From the NCBI RefSeq assembly GCF_036588685.1, contig NC_086376.1, forward strand, positions 83,393,014 through 83,457,013: DNA of 64,000 bases, in the 5' to 3' direction. The notes under the pieces were generated by a model, which saw nothing but the letters and a program-made list of their open reading frames with translations, did not search any database and was not told the origin of the DNA. The stretch comes from Mytilus trossulus (taxonomy: Eukaryota). Position numbers and translations under genes: made by a program. Positions 34,651-48,460 of the stretch are shown here, one piece after another; position 1 is the stretch's first letter; every line of letters starts with the position of its first letter.

Positions 34651-37521
34651 ACAGCTGATTTTTAAAGCCGGACATTCAAGAATTGTTGTCTTAATCGCAA
34701 TTAATTGTTTACATTTTCCCCCATCCAAATCGTTTAAAAATAATTTCATGATATAAAAGATAACAGGATTGAAATTTAGTATTTGCGCTAAATGCGCGTT
34801 TTCTACAAAAGACTCATCAAAGACGCTCGAATAAAAAAAAAGTTAAAAAGGCCAAATCAAGTACGAAGTTGGAAGAGTATTGAGGACCAAAATTTCCTAA
34901 ACGTTTTATCAAATCTTCGGACTTAATTAACTGGGATGAGTTCCTAACACACAAACTGTTCAGACACCACATTAGGTTTACGGTCACCTACACAAAATTG
35001 ATATTGGTGATCGACATGACGTGTTTGTTCTAGTGACATGTTTTCGTGGTCAAAGATATTTATTTGCCTCCTGAATCGTTATATAGGTTGTTAATCGATT
35101 GTGTCTTATTCTTGATTGTGGCATTTTGACTAAGAAAGGATTTGCAGTGTGCGGTACATGCATAGCAGGCGACGATTATTAAGTCGACGAAATTTGGCTG
35201 GCTCATTTTGGAGTTCATGCGATTCTCTCACTTTTAGCTCACAGGGTTATTGCACTTGAAGAACATGTACCTTTTGACATTTTGTCTCAAATCTTAAAAA
35301 CTACAATAGCTAGGAAGATAGAAACTTTAAACAGCAAAACAAGGTTCTAATAAGGTCAAATTATTCCGAAAACATAGGAGTGACTCCCATTAAAAGCTCT
35401 TTTGTTTTAGGGCAAAAATTAAATAAAATGAGTGAAAAACTGTAAACAAAATTATACTGTTGTAAATGCAAAAAAATAAACGCAGATGAACGTCACAGAT
35501 CTAGAGCCTCTAGTTTATTTTTTTCTTGAAAAGTATTTTCCTACTGGGTTTAGAATTGAGCGAAAGAAAATTAAATCAAAAGGCAAAATCAAATGTCCAA
35601 ACACATCAAACGAATGGATAACAACTGTCATATTCCTGAATTGGTACAGGCATTTTCTAATGTAGAAAATGGTGGATTGAACCTGGTTTTATATCTAGCT
35701 AAACCTCTCACTTGTATGACAGTTGCGTCAAATTCTATTACATTGTCAACGATGTATGAACAAAACAAACATACTCAAAGAATAAAAATGTCAAAAATAG
35801 GGGCACAACAGTCAATATTGTGTTATCATCTTAATATCACTATAAAAACAACAAATGAAACGAAGAAGCACAAAAAGGCATACATCAAATTTAACATACT
35901 CATAAAATATAGAACATTTATCGTAATGAGAAAACAACAAGTCTTGCTTACCGGTTTACCGGTTGTTGTCGTCAAAATGTTATGTATAACAATAAATTCG
36001 TGATTTTAATGCAATAATTAATATTCATATGCATTATGTTTCCATGAATTGGGACATGCACATATAATAAAAAACAAACAGTTACAGTGTGTTTTTTCTC
36101 TTGCTCTTGTTATCAGTTTTTCATTCTTAGTACTGGATTCGGGGGTGGGAGTGAGAGGGTAACTCACTTTGGGTAAACCTTTTCTTTTTTTACCTGTTTA
36201 ACCTGTCACGCCACATTTTTGCACCTGTCCCAAGTCAGCAGCCTCTGATCTTTGTTAGTCGTTTGATTTAAGTTCAGTTATATGTTTTGGGGTTTGGTAT
36301 GAAGTTCGTTTTCACTGAGCTACTAGTAGACTAGTCCATGTTTTTATTTAGGAGCCAGCTGAGGCCCATCACCGGGTGCTGGGTTTTGCTCGCTGCGTTG
36401 AAGACCGGTGTAGGTGGACTTCGGCTGTTACCTGCTCCTTCGTCGGGCTGTTGTGTCTTCACGGAGGAGTTCCTGGATTTTCAAATCTCTTCCAGCCGCA
36501 CATTAAATTGCGCTATGGTACTCACTCAAGCCATCATATTTATATCAGCCGGAAGGTTACGATTCAGAATTATGTCTAGTGTTAGGTTTATGATTCATGG
36601 TTATTATTATATTTGTTTCAGGACGTGCGGTTCATATTTTGTTGTGTGCTTCATTTTTTAAGCTAATCCGTTCTATCTAATTTGTTGAGTTTGGTGTTTC
36701 CAAAATAAAATATGTGTCAAAATTTTGTTTACGACATTTGCCACCAGAGACAATGATAATGCAACAGTATCACAGGTTCTTGTCTGGGGTTTGTTTTTAT
36801 ATATATATATATATATACCTTACTGATATTAAGGTATATAAGATTTTTTTTCTGAGACAAGTGCCCGTGAACGGTATACAAAATTTAAACACTGTACATA
36901 TGCCACTGTAAAAGATTTACTCATATGGCAATCTAAATGGTAGAATTAAGATGTTGTTACAAACATGGTTTTTGCCGCTTTCCATGGAGAACTGAACAAA
37001 TCATGATTGTTTCGTGAAAGAAAAAGCTATTAAATGAAAGGATGTGTGGTACCAATGTAGCTTGTCGACCATTTGATATTCCGGATGGGGGGATTGGGTT
37101 TTGTTTGTGGTTTGACTACTATTTTTTCCCCAGCAGATTTTTTAAAATTCCAGCTCTAATTACCAGGCCAGGCTCATGATTCAGATGATCTGACCAAGGA
37201 TTTGTATAGTTAGACTATACAAATCCTTGATCTGATCATTCATTTTTATCACTATAGGTCATTAGAACTGAAGAAAGACCAATAGCTGTTATTATTGGTT
37301 AGTTTTTCTTATATTTTGTTTTGTGTCTGTATCGCTAATAACCCCAAAAAAGTTTGGTTAGTTTTTCAATAAAAAAATATTTTAAAAAAATCCCCGGACA
37401 GTACCCCAATTAAAGCGTCCGGCTGAGTCAGAATATTGATTTCATGCTTCGCTTGGTAACACCTGAGTATTTTTCTGAGAACTAGCATCCTCATTTCCAA
37501 GTTATACTTCTTGAATAAGAA

Positions 37522-37743
37522 ATGTCTAAGGTAAAGACCATGATTGATGCCAAGATTGGTGGAAAGAAAGTGGTTGTCTTTTCCAAAACTTACTGTCCTT
37601 ATTGTACCAAGGCAAAAAAGGTTTTAAGAAATCACTATGGAAAGGATTTAAACGAAGCTGATGTCGATATTATGGAAATAGAAAATGATCCAGATTGTGA
37701 CGCAATCCAAGATTATCTAAAAACATTGACAGGAGGGCGATCT
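37522..37743 (+). CDS. GLRX: Glutaredoxin paralogue 2, exon 1: MSKVKTMIDAKIGGKKVVVFSKTYCPYCTKAKKVLRNHYG...LTGGRS
   Basis: CPYC active site. Donor is gtaagt, with phase and position identical to paralogue 1. Confidence 0.9.
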
Positions 37744-38690
37744 GTAAGTTAAATAATTGACAGTCATCATGTTCATAATTTGTAATTCATTAATACATAA
37801 CCAGAAAAATCCATATACAACGGAAGTCCTATATTGTGAACTTTTTATTGTACCGGTTAATAGTCGATAATAATAATCTAACCAAAATTAACAACCTTCC
37901 ACCATTTAGCCTTTCAGCCTTGGAAAGCTTTTGGTCGAAAATTATGAAATATAGATAAGTAAACACGTGTCCACAACGTTGTTGAATTTTTATTGCAGTA
38001 AAGTGTTCATTTTAATTAGGTCACCACAAATATTTCCTACATCCTTCTATAAACATAATAATACGTCCTTGTATATATGTATAAATATAATTATATTGCT
38101 AATTCATTTAGATGCATTAAAGGGAGATTGATGTGTGGTATGCATCAAGAAAAAAAATTACTGCGATTTTGTTTTTATACTTATCTGAGCATGCTGTTAA
38201 AAAAAAGAGGGTCTCACTGGTGTGAAAGCGTGACAAGGGATTGCAGATTTTTTTGTAAGCTTGACACATGAAAGTAAAATTATTGTCTAGCGAGACATGG
38301 GAATTACAAAATAATGAGAATTGCCTACGTACATAGTGTAAGCGGGATTTGGGATCAGAACCCCCCAATGAGACAGTACAGGGTTTGAAATTAGCAGGGG
38401 CCTACTCGTCAATGGCCCCTAAAATTTGGTGTGGGCTCCTAAAGTTTCTGCTTTTCTTGTATAGAACTTATATATTGGTTATAGAATCTAAGATGTGGGC
38501 TACCATTGCCAAAGCCTTAACTTCAATCCCTGAGACCCACAAGAAATGCTACCGATTTTATGAATCAATCTATTTATAATTATAAAAACTATGAGTGGTT
38601 TTCATTTTTACAGGCCAATGATTTGCCAAATCAGTCCTTGTGATAACTCAAACATTGAAATTGTAATGCATGTAATTTTTATCTTTCCAG

Positions 38691-38786
38691 GTTCCTAGAG
38701 TTTTTATTAATGGAAAATGCATTGGTGGTGGAGATGAAACCCAAGCTTTGGAACAGTCAGGAAAACTATCTGGGCTTCTGCAATAA
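38691..38786 (+). CDS. GLRX: Glutaredoxin paralogue 2, exon 2: VPRVFINGKCIGGGDETQALEQSGKLSGLLQ*
   Basis: Acceptor is ctttccag and stop TAA is at 38784-38786. Confidence 0.9.
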   Translation, partial: VPRVFINGKCIGGGDETQALEQSGKLSGLLQ

Positions 38787-39599
38787 CATTTATATACATG
38801 TATACATCATATAAAATTGAAGCATCTCAACAAAATCCGAAAATAGTGAATGACTTGACTATTATGCATCTTATCCTCATCAGGATTTGTTAATCTAAAG
38901 TCAAATTAAACTTCTTGTCCTCAGCATTGTCTATCCAATGTGTTCATCTGTATGACTATACATTTCCTAGGGTATTGTTGCTTTCAATTCGTCTTTCACT
39001 TTTACTCACCTTCAGTGTGATTTATATTGACTATTTAGCCTTTTCGTGCTGTTTATGATGTTTATATAATAAAATTACAACAGTTACTATAAATGAATCT
39101 TCTGTGTTTTCATTGTTGTGTATTAAATGCATATTCACTGTATACATGGTAATCCACCATCTTGGTTTGTACAATAGCAGTACACCATAGGAATAGTTCT
39201 TTGCCAATATGTGCAAATTTTGAGATAGATCTGCAAATCATGTGTAAGACTGTTTAATTGTTTAAAGAAAATTAAGTGATTTATTATATTATTTAAAATG
39301 AGAAAACAAATAACAAATATTTCTGTTTTTTAGAATAAATTTTTCGACTTGGCCACTTAAGGGGAGATAAGCCTTATACATGTAGTAAAAATTTTCATAT
39401 TTTACATGTTGCAAGAAACATTTCTATGACATTATGTTTTGTCTCATTGTTCTGCCTAAAAGCTGAAAATCTATAAAAGGCAGATAGAAACTTAAATTAA
39501 CAAAAATAATCAGCAGGACAAAGCAAGTTCTGCAAATAAACAAAAGAGCCAATATCTTCAGTCGACTGATTATAGAATATCCTGTTCTTTGACCATTTT

Positions 39600-40260
39600 A
39601 AGCAATATATATCAGTTAAACATAGGACCCTATGGGAAATGCATACAAATGACTTCTTCTAGAGAACCACTGAATGGAATGAAACCAAACATGGCATGAA
39701 TGAACCTTATAATGTGTTGACCAAGTGTTGTTACTTTGTAGCTGATCCATCATCCAAGATGGCCGTTAGTGGGGAACTTAGACTTACATTGGACCCTATG
39801 GGAAATTCTTACAAATGACTTCTTTTAGAGAGCCACTGAATGGTGAGAACCAAACCTAGTATGAATGTGCCTTATTAGGTGCTGAGCAAGTGGTGTAACT
39901 TTGTAGCCAATCCATCATCCAAGAAGGCCGCCAGCTGGGGACTAAGTTTTAAATAGAACTGTAAGGGAAATATATACAAATGTCTTCTTTTAGAGAACAA
40001 CTGAATGGAATGAAACTAAACATAGCATGAATGTTTCTAATGATATGCTGACCAAGTGTTGTTACTTTATCGCCAATCCAACTTCCAAGATGGATGCCAG
40101 TGGGGGACTAATTTTAACATAGGACCCCATGGGAAATACATACACATTTCTTCTTTTAGAGAACCACTGAATTGAATGAAACCAAACATAGCATAAATGT
40201 TCCTTTCCTATTAATGAGGTTCTGGCCAAGTGTTGTTACTTTGTAGCCAAATTTTATCTT
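39600..40260. repeat. Roughly 165-170-bp satellite, 4 tandem copies (..ataggaccctatgggaaatgcatacaaatgacttcttctagagaaccactgaatgg...ccatcatccaagatggccg..)
   Basis: Four successive diverged units. The array ends about 35 bp before the composite-element tail motif at 40296. Confidence 0.8.
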
Positions 40261-43200
40261 TTTTATATGAATTCAAAAACCCAGGTAGATTCAGGTGAGC
40301 GATACAGGCTCCTAAGAGCCTCTAGTTAAAATTGCAACCAGAAGTGACAGCTAACCAGATTTTTCTGCAGAGGTCGAAACCTGAACAGTTGACTAAGTAT
40401 AACCAAACAATTTAAGCTCAAAATATCTATGAATTAGGATCGTGATTAAATATTTGACACAACATATGTTTGTGGCACAAAATGAATGATTATGTGGGCA
40501 AAGAACTGAATTTGAAATTGGTCATTTCCCTATCATGGTCCAGTATTCGAAATCTAAGTACTTTGTTAGAATTTGCACATCAAAGGACCCCAAGATTTCA
40601 ATATTTGATGAACAAATACTTTCAATCAAACCATTTTGGTTCACAGCGGGGAAATAACTATAAAAAAAAACTACAGGCTCTTAGTCAATCGGAACTACTC
40701 GGCCTTTCTGGTTGCACGAAGAAATAACGTTATTGTACTGCATAGCGAGAATGGCCGAGTAGTTACGATTGGCTCTTAGTGTGTCGCTCACTTTGGTGGC
40801 TTGGTCTATGGGAATATATAAATATATATATATATCTTAATCTCATCACCTAATACATAGGTACAAACAGCACACTTTTCAACATTGTAGACGAGGAAAG
40901 ACTATGACAAAATCTCTACTGTTTTTAGTCTGTTTAGTTTCTTTGACTTATTAATAGCAGAGACATATTGTCTCTGTTAATAGATATTGCATTGCTGATC
41001 ATTTTTGTGATTTTAATAGAGTGTTTTATACGACCGCATTTGGTCGTATTTTGGTATCTCATTGGCGTCGTCGTCTGCATTCTAACTTTTAAATAGTTTA
41101 AGTCTATAGAAATCTATCATGATGAGGCATTTTCAGATGAATGAAAACAGACTTTTTATTTATAATAGAGGTCAGGACATAGCTGCTGACTAGAAGTTTG
41201 TTGATAAGCAAATTTAATTTAATAGATATACATAAGTTTATGATTATACAAATGTTTGTTTTTGGAATCATCACAGCCACTAGTATGTATAAATTTTGAC
41301 AGGGAACTGCCTAAAAAGTTTATTAGCATTCATGAGAAGCAAATTATTTCATTGATGCCTAGTATAACTGAAATAATTCCCTTGTCATTGATATATTGAA
41401 GGCGTGGGGTAGGGAAGGGAGTGGTTAAACAAAATAATGGGCTTCACAAACTAAAATAGCGTGCTTCTTTTCAAACAGAATTATCAAAGATGAGTTCTGT
41501 CACGTGTACATTATCTCTTCTAAATAAGGAACAACCAATAAGAGTCGAACATGCAGGCACGAGCTTCTTTATAAGGAGGCTCGCGGGTATAAGATTTTCC
41601 GAACTTTTTAATTTTTTATTACAAATTTTATTTATTACCTTTAGTAGTTGTTACTTCATCATATGATCCAAAAATCATTCCAAAAAATCAATTCGTGTTG
41701 GCCAAAGGTGACTTTTAAAATGTTGCTATCATTGAAAAAGCACAAAATTATCTCCCTTTGTTGCAAACATGATTTTTTTTTGGCATTATTAAAATTGAAA
41801 TACCTTTTTTAGGTCATAGGTGACCTAAATTTTTTATTGTTGTTTTCGAATAAGCTGTACATAAACCAAATAATTGCAAAATTTAAGCGATTTCTGTAAT
41901 TTACTTCTTTTTTATTTCGATATTATCGATATTTCTCCTATTAGTTCAACAGAAAAAAAGGACATCGACAAAAATGTATGCTTCTTTCGAAGGCAGATTG
42001 TGTGCGTAAATGAACGGTGACCCAATTTTTTATTTCCTTTTTCTATCCAGTATAAGATAAAGTTTGTTTATAGAAAAATACAGAGAAATCCTATATTAAA
42101 TTTTTAAAAAATGATTTAGACCCGCGAATTCCCTTAACACGAATAAAACACGCCTAAATTAAATGTAAACTAACATTTATACATGGCAATCATCCTGAAA
42201 TCCTAGAAGTGAAAGACCCGCTTAAATGACCCCAGATTCCTTGTGCATTTGAAACTCAGATGAAGTTTCTGTCAAAAAGACACGAGTTTTTTTTTTGTAA
42301 ATTTGGTATAGCTGATTGTTTTGCTCTATTAAAAACGTTTCTATTCACCTGTTAAAGTTTTCATGATAGTAGAAAAATACAACAAAATCGTCATGTAATG
42401 CATATAACTACTTATACCCCAAATCTGCCTTGGCAAAGTATTGAATAGGTGTGATCGTAAAAGGAATACCATACAGCTTTATATATAACAATAATATGAT
42501 ATGGTATGATTGCCAAAGGGACAACTCTTCAAGAGAGACCAAATGACGTAGCAGTCATCACAACAATCGGTTACTATACTGCCTTCAACAATGAGGGAAA
42601 AAAAACTTGGAGCAAAACAGTTAAACAATCATAGGCCTAGAAATGACAATTATAGAACAATCAAAACTAGCAAACTAGCTGTCTGATTTATCATGTACAA
42701 AACAATAAACGAAAACAAATATGACTCAAAACAAACGACAACCGCTTAATTAAAAATTGTTTTGGGGTTGAACAAACCCTTCCCTATAACCGGGACAATA
42801 CAAAATACGAACAAAAAATAAAAATAATTTGAAAAAGGCTTAACTCATCAGATCGATACATGGCACAAGAAAACTAACAGAATACAAAAGACACATATAA
42901 CAGCGCAGGTCTGAGAGTAAACTGAAAAGCATTTGAAATAGAAATAATATAAACACATAATATAAGCCACACTGGTTTAAAAAGGATACACACCCTATCC
43001 TAATGACAAGTTCTGCGCGAGCATTGTGTTTTGTTTCATTGAGTATGGCACTGTCCGGACTCTGCTAAATTTAAAGTTAAAGATTATTTAGACAAATTCT
43101 GAACTCCCAGCCAGTTTTCTGAGACAAGTGCCTGTAGACTATTCAAAGGAATTTGAATTAAACGTCGCCAAATCAAATAAAGAAAAAAAAGAAGACGATG

Positions 43201-43845
43201 GGATAATGTTATTAGTCCTGACTTGGAACACGAAATTGTCTATGAAATGCCAGTCATGAAACTATCCTTAGTTTAAACAATTTTACATTGTGACAAACGG
43301 GAACTTGTTATCGTTCACACCCGCCACAATGAATCATTTGGCAATATGCGCCTTGTTTTTACCAACATATATGTGGACTATAAACCTTTGAAGATGACAT
43401 TCACCTATTACTGTAGGAAACACCTGGACTTTACCCCGGAATATTTTTTGTCGTTTAAAAGTAACTATTAAATCACAGGCCATTGGACGAGATAAAACGT
43501 TTATTAATACATGTGTAAACGAACTGTTCAACACGTGAACCCATACGCATGTAATACCTATTGTACAAATACCAATTGATAAAAAAGAACCTTGAACCAA
43601 TATAAGAAGATATACCTGTACTTATGTTATAACCATTATCAGGTGTCGAAGTTGACGTAAGTCTTTTCTGTCTTTACCATTTACATTTATATAATAGTCA
43701 ATAAATTCAGTCGCAGATTGAATTCGTATATTTTTATTTGGATTTTCCATCTTTCATAATCTTTCATGTATTTGTTGTACATTTGTAGATAATTGAATTC
43801 GAAACCATTTCAAATTGAAGAATCTCTGAACAGAACATATAAGAA

Positions 43846-43848
43846 ATG
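43846..43848 (+). CDS. ATG-only first coding exon (cagaacatataagaaATG|gtaagt) of the TOM7-like small membrane protein
   Basis: The ATG is immediately followed by a consensus gtaagt donor. It joins the phase-0 acceptor at 45064 to give a 47-aa ORF. Confidence 0.4.
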
Positions 43849-45063
43849 GTAAGTCAAAAGATAATTTTAATCAAGATCAATAGACAACTACGGTATATAT
43901 ACACATGTAACTATCTATTTGTATGCATTTTGGTGTACTTTTTTGTTAACATTTTACTGAATATTATTGATTCTTTTAAAGCATAACAGAACTTGAATTG
44001 CTGCTCAGAAAATATTGGGCAATTATAGTAACATACAAACATTCTATTTTCCCTTGTATTGCACTCAAAAATGTTGTTAATACTTAGGCAGGACAAATGC
44101 AACGTTAACCATGCATACAACACATGCATAAATCATTTCAATGGTTAAGAAAACTGCAATAGTGTTTAAGATACTTTCATGGCATCACAAAATTTATGCA
44201 TCCGTTTTAAGATCATATATACTATATCCATTTATCAGTTCAGCCGGATTTATCAGTTATCTATTTTTATAATATGGGAGATTATATTTTGATTTACAAC
44301 CAAGGTCACATTAGTAGACTAGTCTATAAAATCAATTGCCAATGACTAACAATTATAGTTTGCATAAGTCCTAACAGAGTCTTTGATCCTATCAACAACC
44401 CTGCAATACGCATGAATCAGTGACACATCAAGAAATTTTCATAAGGGGGAGGGCGCACTGACTGCTTAAGAGACCCAGTCTACCTTTTAGAAGGGGACCC
44501 GCTCCAGTCATGCATCAGTGACTCCCTATATAATCATTTAAAAAATCTCACTAAGGGTTGGGTCGGGCACCCTGCCCCTAAATCCGACTCTGGGATTGTG
44601 ACTAGATTTGATCAAGATCCATCGGAGAATATTTAAAATAAAAAGTCAATATGAAATTAAAAAGCTGTCAGGTCATTTTTGACCAGAACCTTAACTTTTT
44701 TCTTGTAGATCTTGTCTTATTGGTGATTTAAGATGTAGTTTCCCTCAATCTAGTATCAAGATGATTTGAAACACGCTAAACCGGTCAAAAATCGTCGTTT
44801 ATGACAATACGTTTACAAATCGATCCTCAAATTCAATAACATAGTTATGTTACCCTTTCTATTTTTTGTTATTTTTAGACTAGTATAATAATGCATCATT
44901 ATGCCTTTATTAACTAGAGCAAAGATGAACTATTGTCGCCGTACTTTAAACCCAGTAAATAGATCTAGTTACAAAGTAGGGTTGTCCTTTTTTTAATATT
45001 TTGATATCAATATATATGGGTTTTAAATGATTTCACATTTGAAACACTTTTATTTTATTTCAG

Positions 45064-45204
45064 GCAAGCGGGTTTTTAAGAACAATTGCAAGATGGGGTG
45101 CATTTATTGTGATTCTAGGTTGGCATTTATTCCGAGATTTAGTGGGATACGTTATACCAGCACTGAAACCAACACCAGAAAATGGAGCACTGAAGTCATC
45201 ATAA
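45064..45204 (+). CDS. Exon 2 of the small membrane protein: ASGFLRTIARWGAFIVILGWHLFRDLVGYVIPALKPTPENGALKSS*, possibly TOM7
   Basis: Acceptor is tttatttcag. There is a single transmembrane helix. The RWGAFIVILGW motif resembles the TOM7 (A/I)RWGFIP.V.YLG(F/W) core. AATAAA at 45268-45279. Confidence 0.45.
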   Translation, partial: ASGFLRTIARWGAFIVILGWHLFRDLVGYVIPALKPTPENGALKSS

Positions 45205-46678
45205 AACTAAATCAAACTTTGTCATGACAGTTTAAAATCATTATTATTTTTGTATTTCTTAAAGCATAATAAAAATAAATTATATCATCTCTTTGTATGA
45301 AAAAACAAACAGATTTCAGTTACTTAGTATATGTCAAAGAGACCCCCAACCAACAACATAAAATATAAAAGACATCTAGGGGTCAGAACATAGTGCAATT
45401 TCAATAAAGTTTTTTGTTTAGTTACAATTTGAAATCATCTCGTCTGACTTATCAACATGTGAACAGTTTAGTCCATTGCAAGTGAAGTGTAGTAACAAAT
45501 ATTCATACCATACCTTTTAAGTGATTGGCTTTTCAATTTCTTTCTTAGTTCAATCTTACCAACTTTTAGTCCAAAAAAGGAACACTAGTCTAAGATCAAA
45601 GTGCCTGTAAGCACCAAAGGATAAAGATTATTTCAATTTGAGAGTGGGAAGTAAAATTAACGTTTCATTGTTTTAAGCATAGGTTGTACTTTATTGAACT
45701 ATAATTATGGACAAAGGGAGATAACAATAACATTGATGATTTTAGAACAGATTATAGATTCCAGCACTTAGCTCTAGTTGTGTACTATACATAATTTTGT
45801 AACTTTAATATCTGAGAATATATGTCATGAATGTTCATAGATAGGATTTTTAGAATATTGTGACCAATGAACTATATTTTGCATATCTCGAAAGTAGTGA
45901 TAAACCTTAGAAGATTAGATATCAAGTCAGAACCATAGGGTTTTAATTGCATTTCATAAAATCTTGACACAAAAAGTATGATGTAGGTACTTATATAAAA
46001 AAGACTGCAAATTTGTTTTATTGTTGTTAGTCTAACATCTAGTGGCAAATATTTCGTGCAACTTCCTTTTTCCATCTTTTTCACTACATGTTTGCTTAAG
46101 GTCTAGTGGCAAATATTTCAAACACCCCCCTTTTTCAATAATAATCAATTGTTTATCACCATGACATTGAGTACATAAAAGCAGAATCATATACAACAAA
46201 AACATGTACAGAAAATTGTTTAACCCTATAACAGTATAATAACAACCATGAACAAAATTACTAACAAAATGTCAAATAATGCTACATTTGCTGAAAGCCA
46301 GCTCAACATACTTCACCTGCTCATATGAAAGATCATGCAGTCTTATATTTTAATGCTAATACATGTCTATAGAAACCAACATGTTTTTACCAGATCACAC
46401 TGTTTCTATAACAAGTAAGACAAGCAGATATCAAAAGACCAAAGAGGATGCTTCTGTTTATTGTGGCAGATAGGTTTTCTCTGTGATTTTCAACTGTGGT
46501 TTCTCTTTGTGCAGCACAATATTTATGCTCCTAAATTTGAATGTGATACCAGTAAATCCAATTCTAAGATAGCATTACTGATTCCTTAAGCTTGTAGTGT
46601 GCAACAAAAAACATATTGAGGAGTGGGTGCTCCCATCAACTCTTATGCTATTTATTGTTAAAAAAGTAAATTTCATAA

Positions 46679-46893
46679 CTACTGTGGATTCATTAATATT
46701 CGTTGGATACCAATTTTCATGGGTTTCGTGGGAAAAAGTTAACAACGAATTCAAATGTTTAACGAATAGCATATTTTCAATAGGCCTTGTATACAGAGAT
46801 TGGCAAAACCACGAAATCAAATATCCACTAAAATGCAAGTTTTTAGCATTCCACGAAAATTGATACCCACGAAAATAAATGAATCCACAGTAA
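46679..46893. mobile_element. Roughly 215-bp foldback element (TIR cttactgtggattcatt / aatgaatccacagtaag) with a palindromic interior
   Basis: The terminal inverted repeats and the internal ttcgtggg...cccacgaa symmetry are visible. Overlapping + and - ORFs across it are artefacts. Confidence 0.55.
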
Positions 46894-48320
46894 GTTTACA
46901 TAAACCTCTCTATGTAATTTGTCAATACAGCTAAGCTTATAAGAACTGCTTATAAAAGAATAGATAGTATTGAGAAATAAAACAGGAAATGTGTCAAGGA
47001 GACACCAAGCCCACCAAAGAGGAGAAAAATAACATAAGGTTACCAATAGGACCAATTAAACAAGAAAATCCAGCACCCTAAACAATAATTTGTACTAGCT
47101 CAGTGAAAGGGATGCAACGCTAAACTATGAAACATATAAATGAACCAAAAAATTAAAAACACAAACTAACAAGGGAGGCCAATGTCAAATGAACAAGTAC
47201 ATAGTAAAATGCACAGAAATTACACTTAAATGTACATTTAGACGATAAAAAAATTGACTGATATTGATGAATCATGTTATTTTTTCTCTTCAAATATGAC
47301 AGTAATTATAGATTATCGTTGATTATCTCAGTTGAGCTGGTACAGCGAAAGTGAGAAAAGCAATTGAGTTGAGATGACCAATGATAATCTGTTTATCGCT
47401 ATTTTACCTATGACGACGTTGTCAATTTCAATATCAATTTCGTTAGCAACGCAATGTGGCCTCCTTAGTTTCTAGCGATAATTTTTCCATATCAAGCGAG
47501 AAGCATGATATGAAAATGATCACAAAAAAGAATCAAAGGAAAAATGCACAAAATAGTGATAATGATAATTATTTGAGACCTCTGATGAATCAAGATAAGG
47601 ATATTTTGACGAATCACAGATTTTTTTTTAACCAATTTGACGCTATTGGCAGCCGAAAATGACTGTTTGACGCCTGACATTAAGGGGCATTGCTACCCTC
47701 TTACAATCATTCCATACACCAAATATACTAGAAATTTTGCTTTTAATATTTGAGATATGGACTTAACCACAAAAAATAAACCTTGTTCACTGATCCATGA
47801 AATGAAGTTGATGTTAAGGGAAAACTGTCTGGGAGGCATGATTACCTTACAAGGAATGCACATACTGTAATTGAGAAATGATTGCATGCATTTTTTATTG
47901 CGATTTTGTCCATTTAGAATAAAATGCGATTTTGATTTTAACAATTTTGAGAAAATATTTCAAAATGCGAGTATAAATTTTTGCGTTAACAACTGTGTAG
48001 CATTTTTCGCAATCAATCTGAATTTACAGTACCAATTATAGTTATCCTTTTACTCACAATAAGAGAGAATTAAGAATACTAAAAACCTTTTTTTCAAGTC
48101 CATGAACCATAAAAATGAGGTCAAGGACAATGGACATATGACAGATGGAAATTTCTTAATATAAGGCATCAAAATCTAAAGAGTGAATGATCCAGGTCTC
48201 CCACCTTCTAAAATATAAAGCTATTAATAGATTAGATAACACCGTCACTACCGCCACAGGAACACTCTCCCTATGTCGAGCTTTCATTGGCATGTTAATA
48301 AAATCCTTCAAGTAAATTGA

Positions 48321-48460
48321 TTATAACATATTTAATAGTAAAATTGTATATAAAAACAATGGTAAAACTAGATTGTCTATTTGTGTAGTAACTGCCTCTA
48401 GAATTGTTGTCATGGTTACTGCTACAAGTGTTATGAATGTCAAGGATGATTCTACTTTGC
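48321..48460 (-). CDS. DOLK: DOLK terminal exon: (G)KVESSLTFITLVAVTMTTILEAVTTQIDNLVLPLFLYTILLLNML*
   Basis: Matches the human C-terminus [29 protein letters not shown]. Acceptor is ttattttcag. Stop at 48321-48323. Confidence 0.88.

Noticed and set aside
35593-36003. 136-aa ORF between the glutaredoxin genes
   Set aside because: It has low-complexity K/N/T-rich composition with no recognisable domain. It is adjacent to SINE-like repeats at 36130-36470 and is probably spurious.
36338-36661. 107-aa and 67-aa overlapping ORFs
   Set aside because: They fall inside an inverted SINE-like repeat copy. Their GC-rich composition comes from the repeat, not from coding.
46575-46863. Mutually antisense ORFs of 87 and 88 aa
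   Set aside because: They are produced by the palindromic foldback element at 46679-46893. The symmetry creates open frames on both strands.
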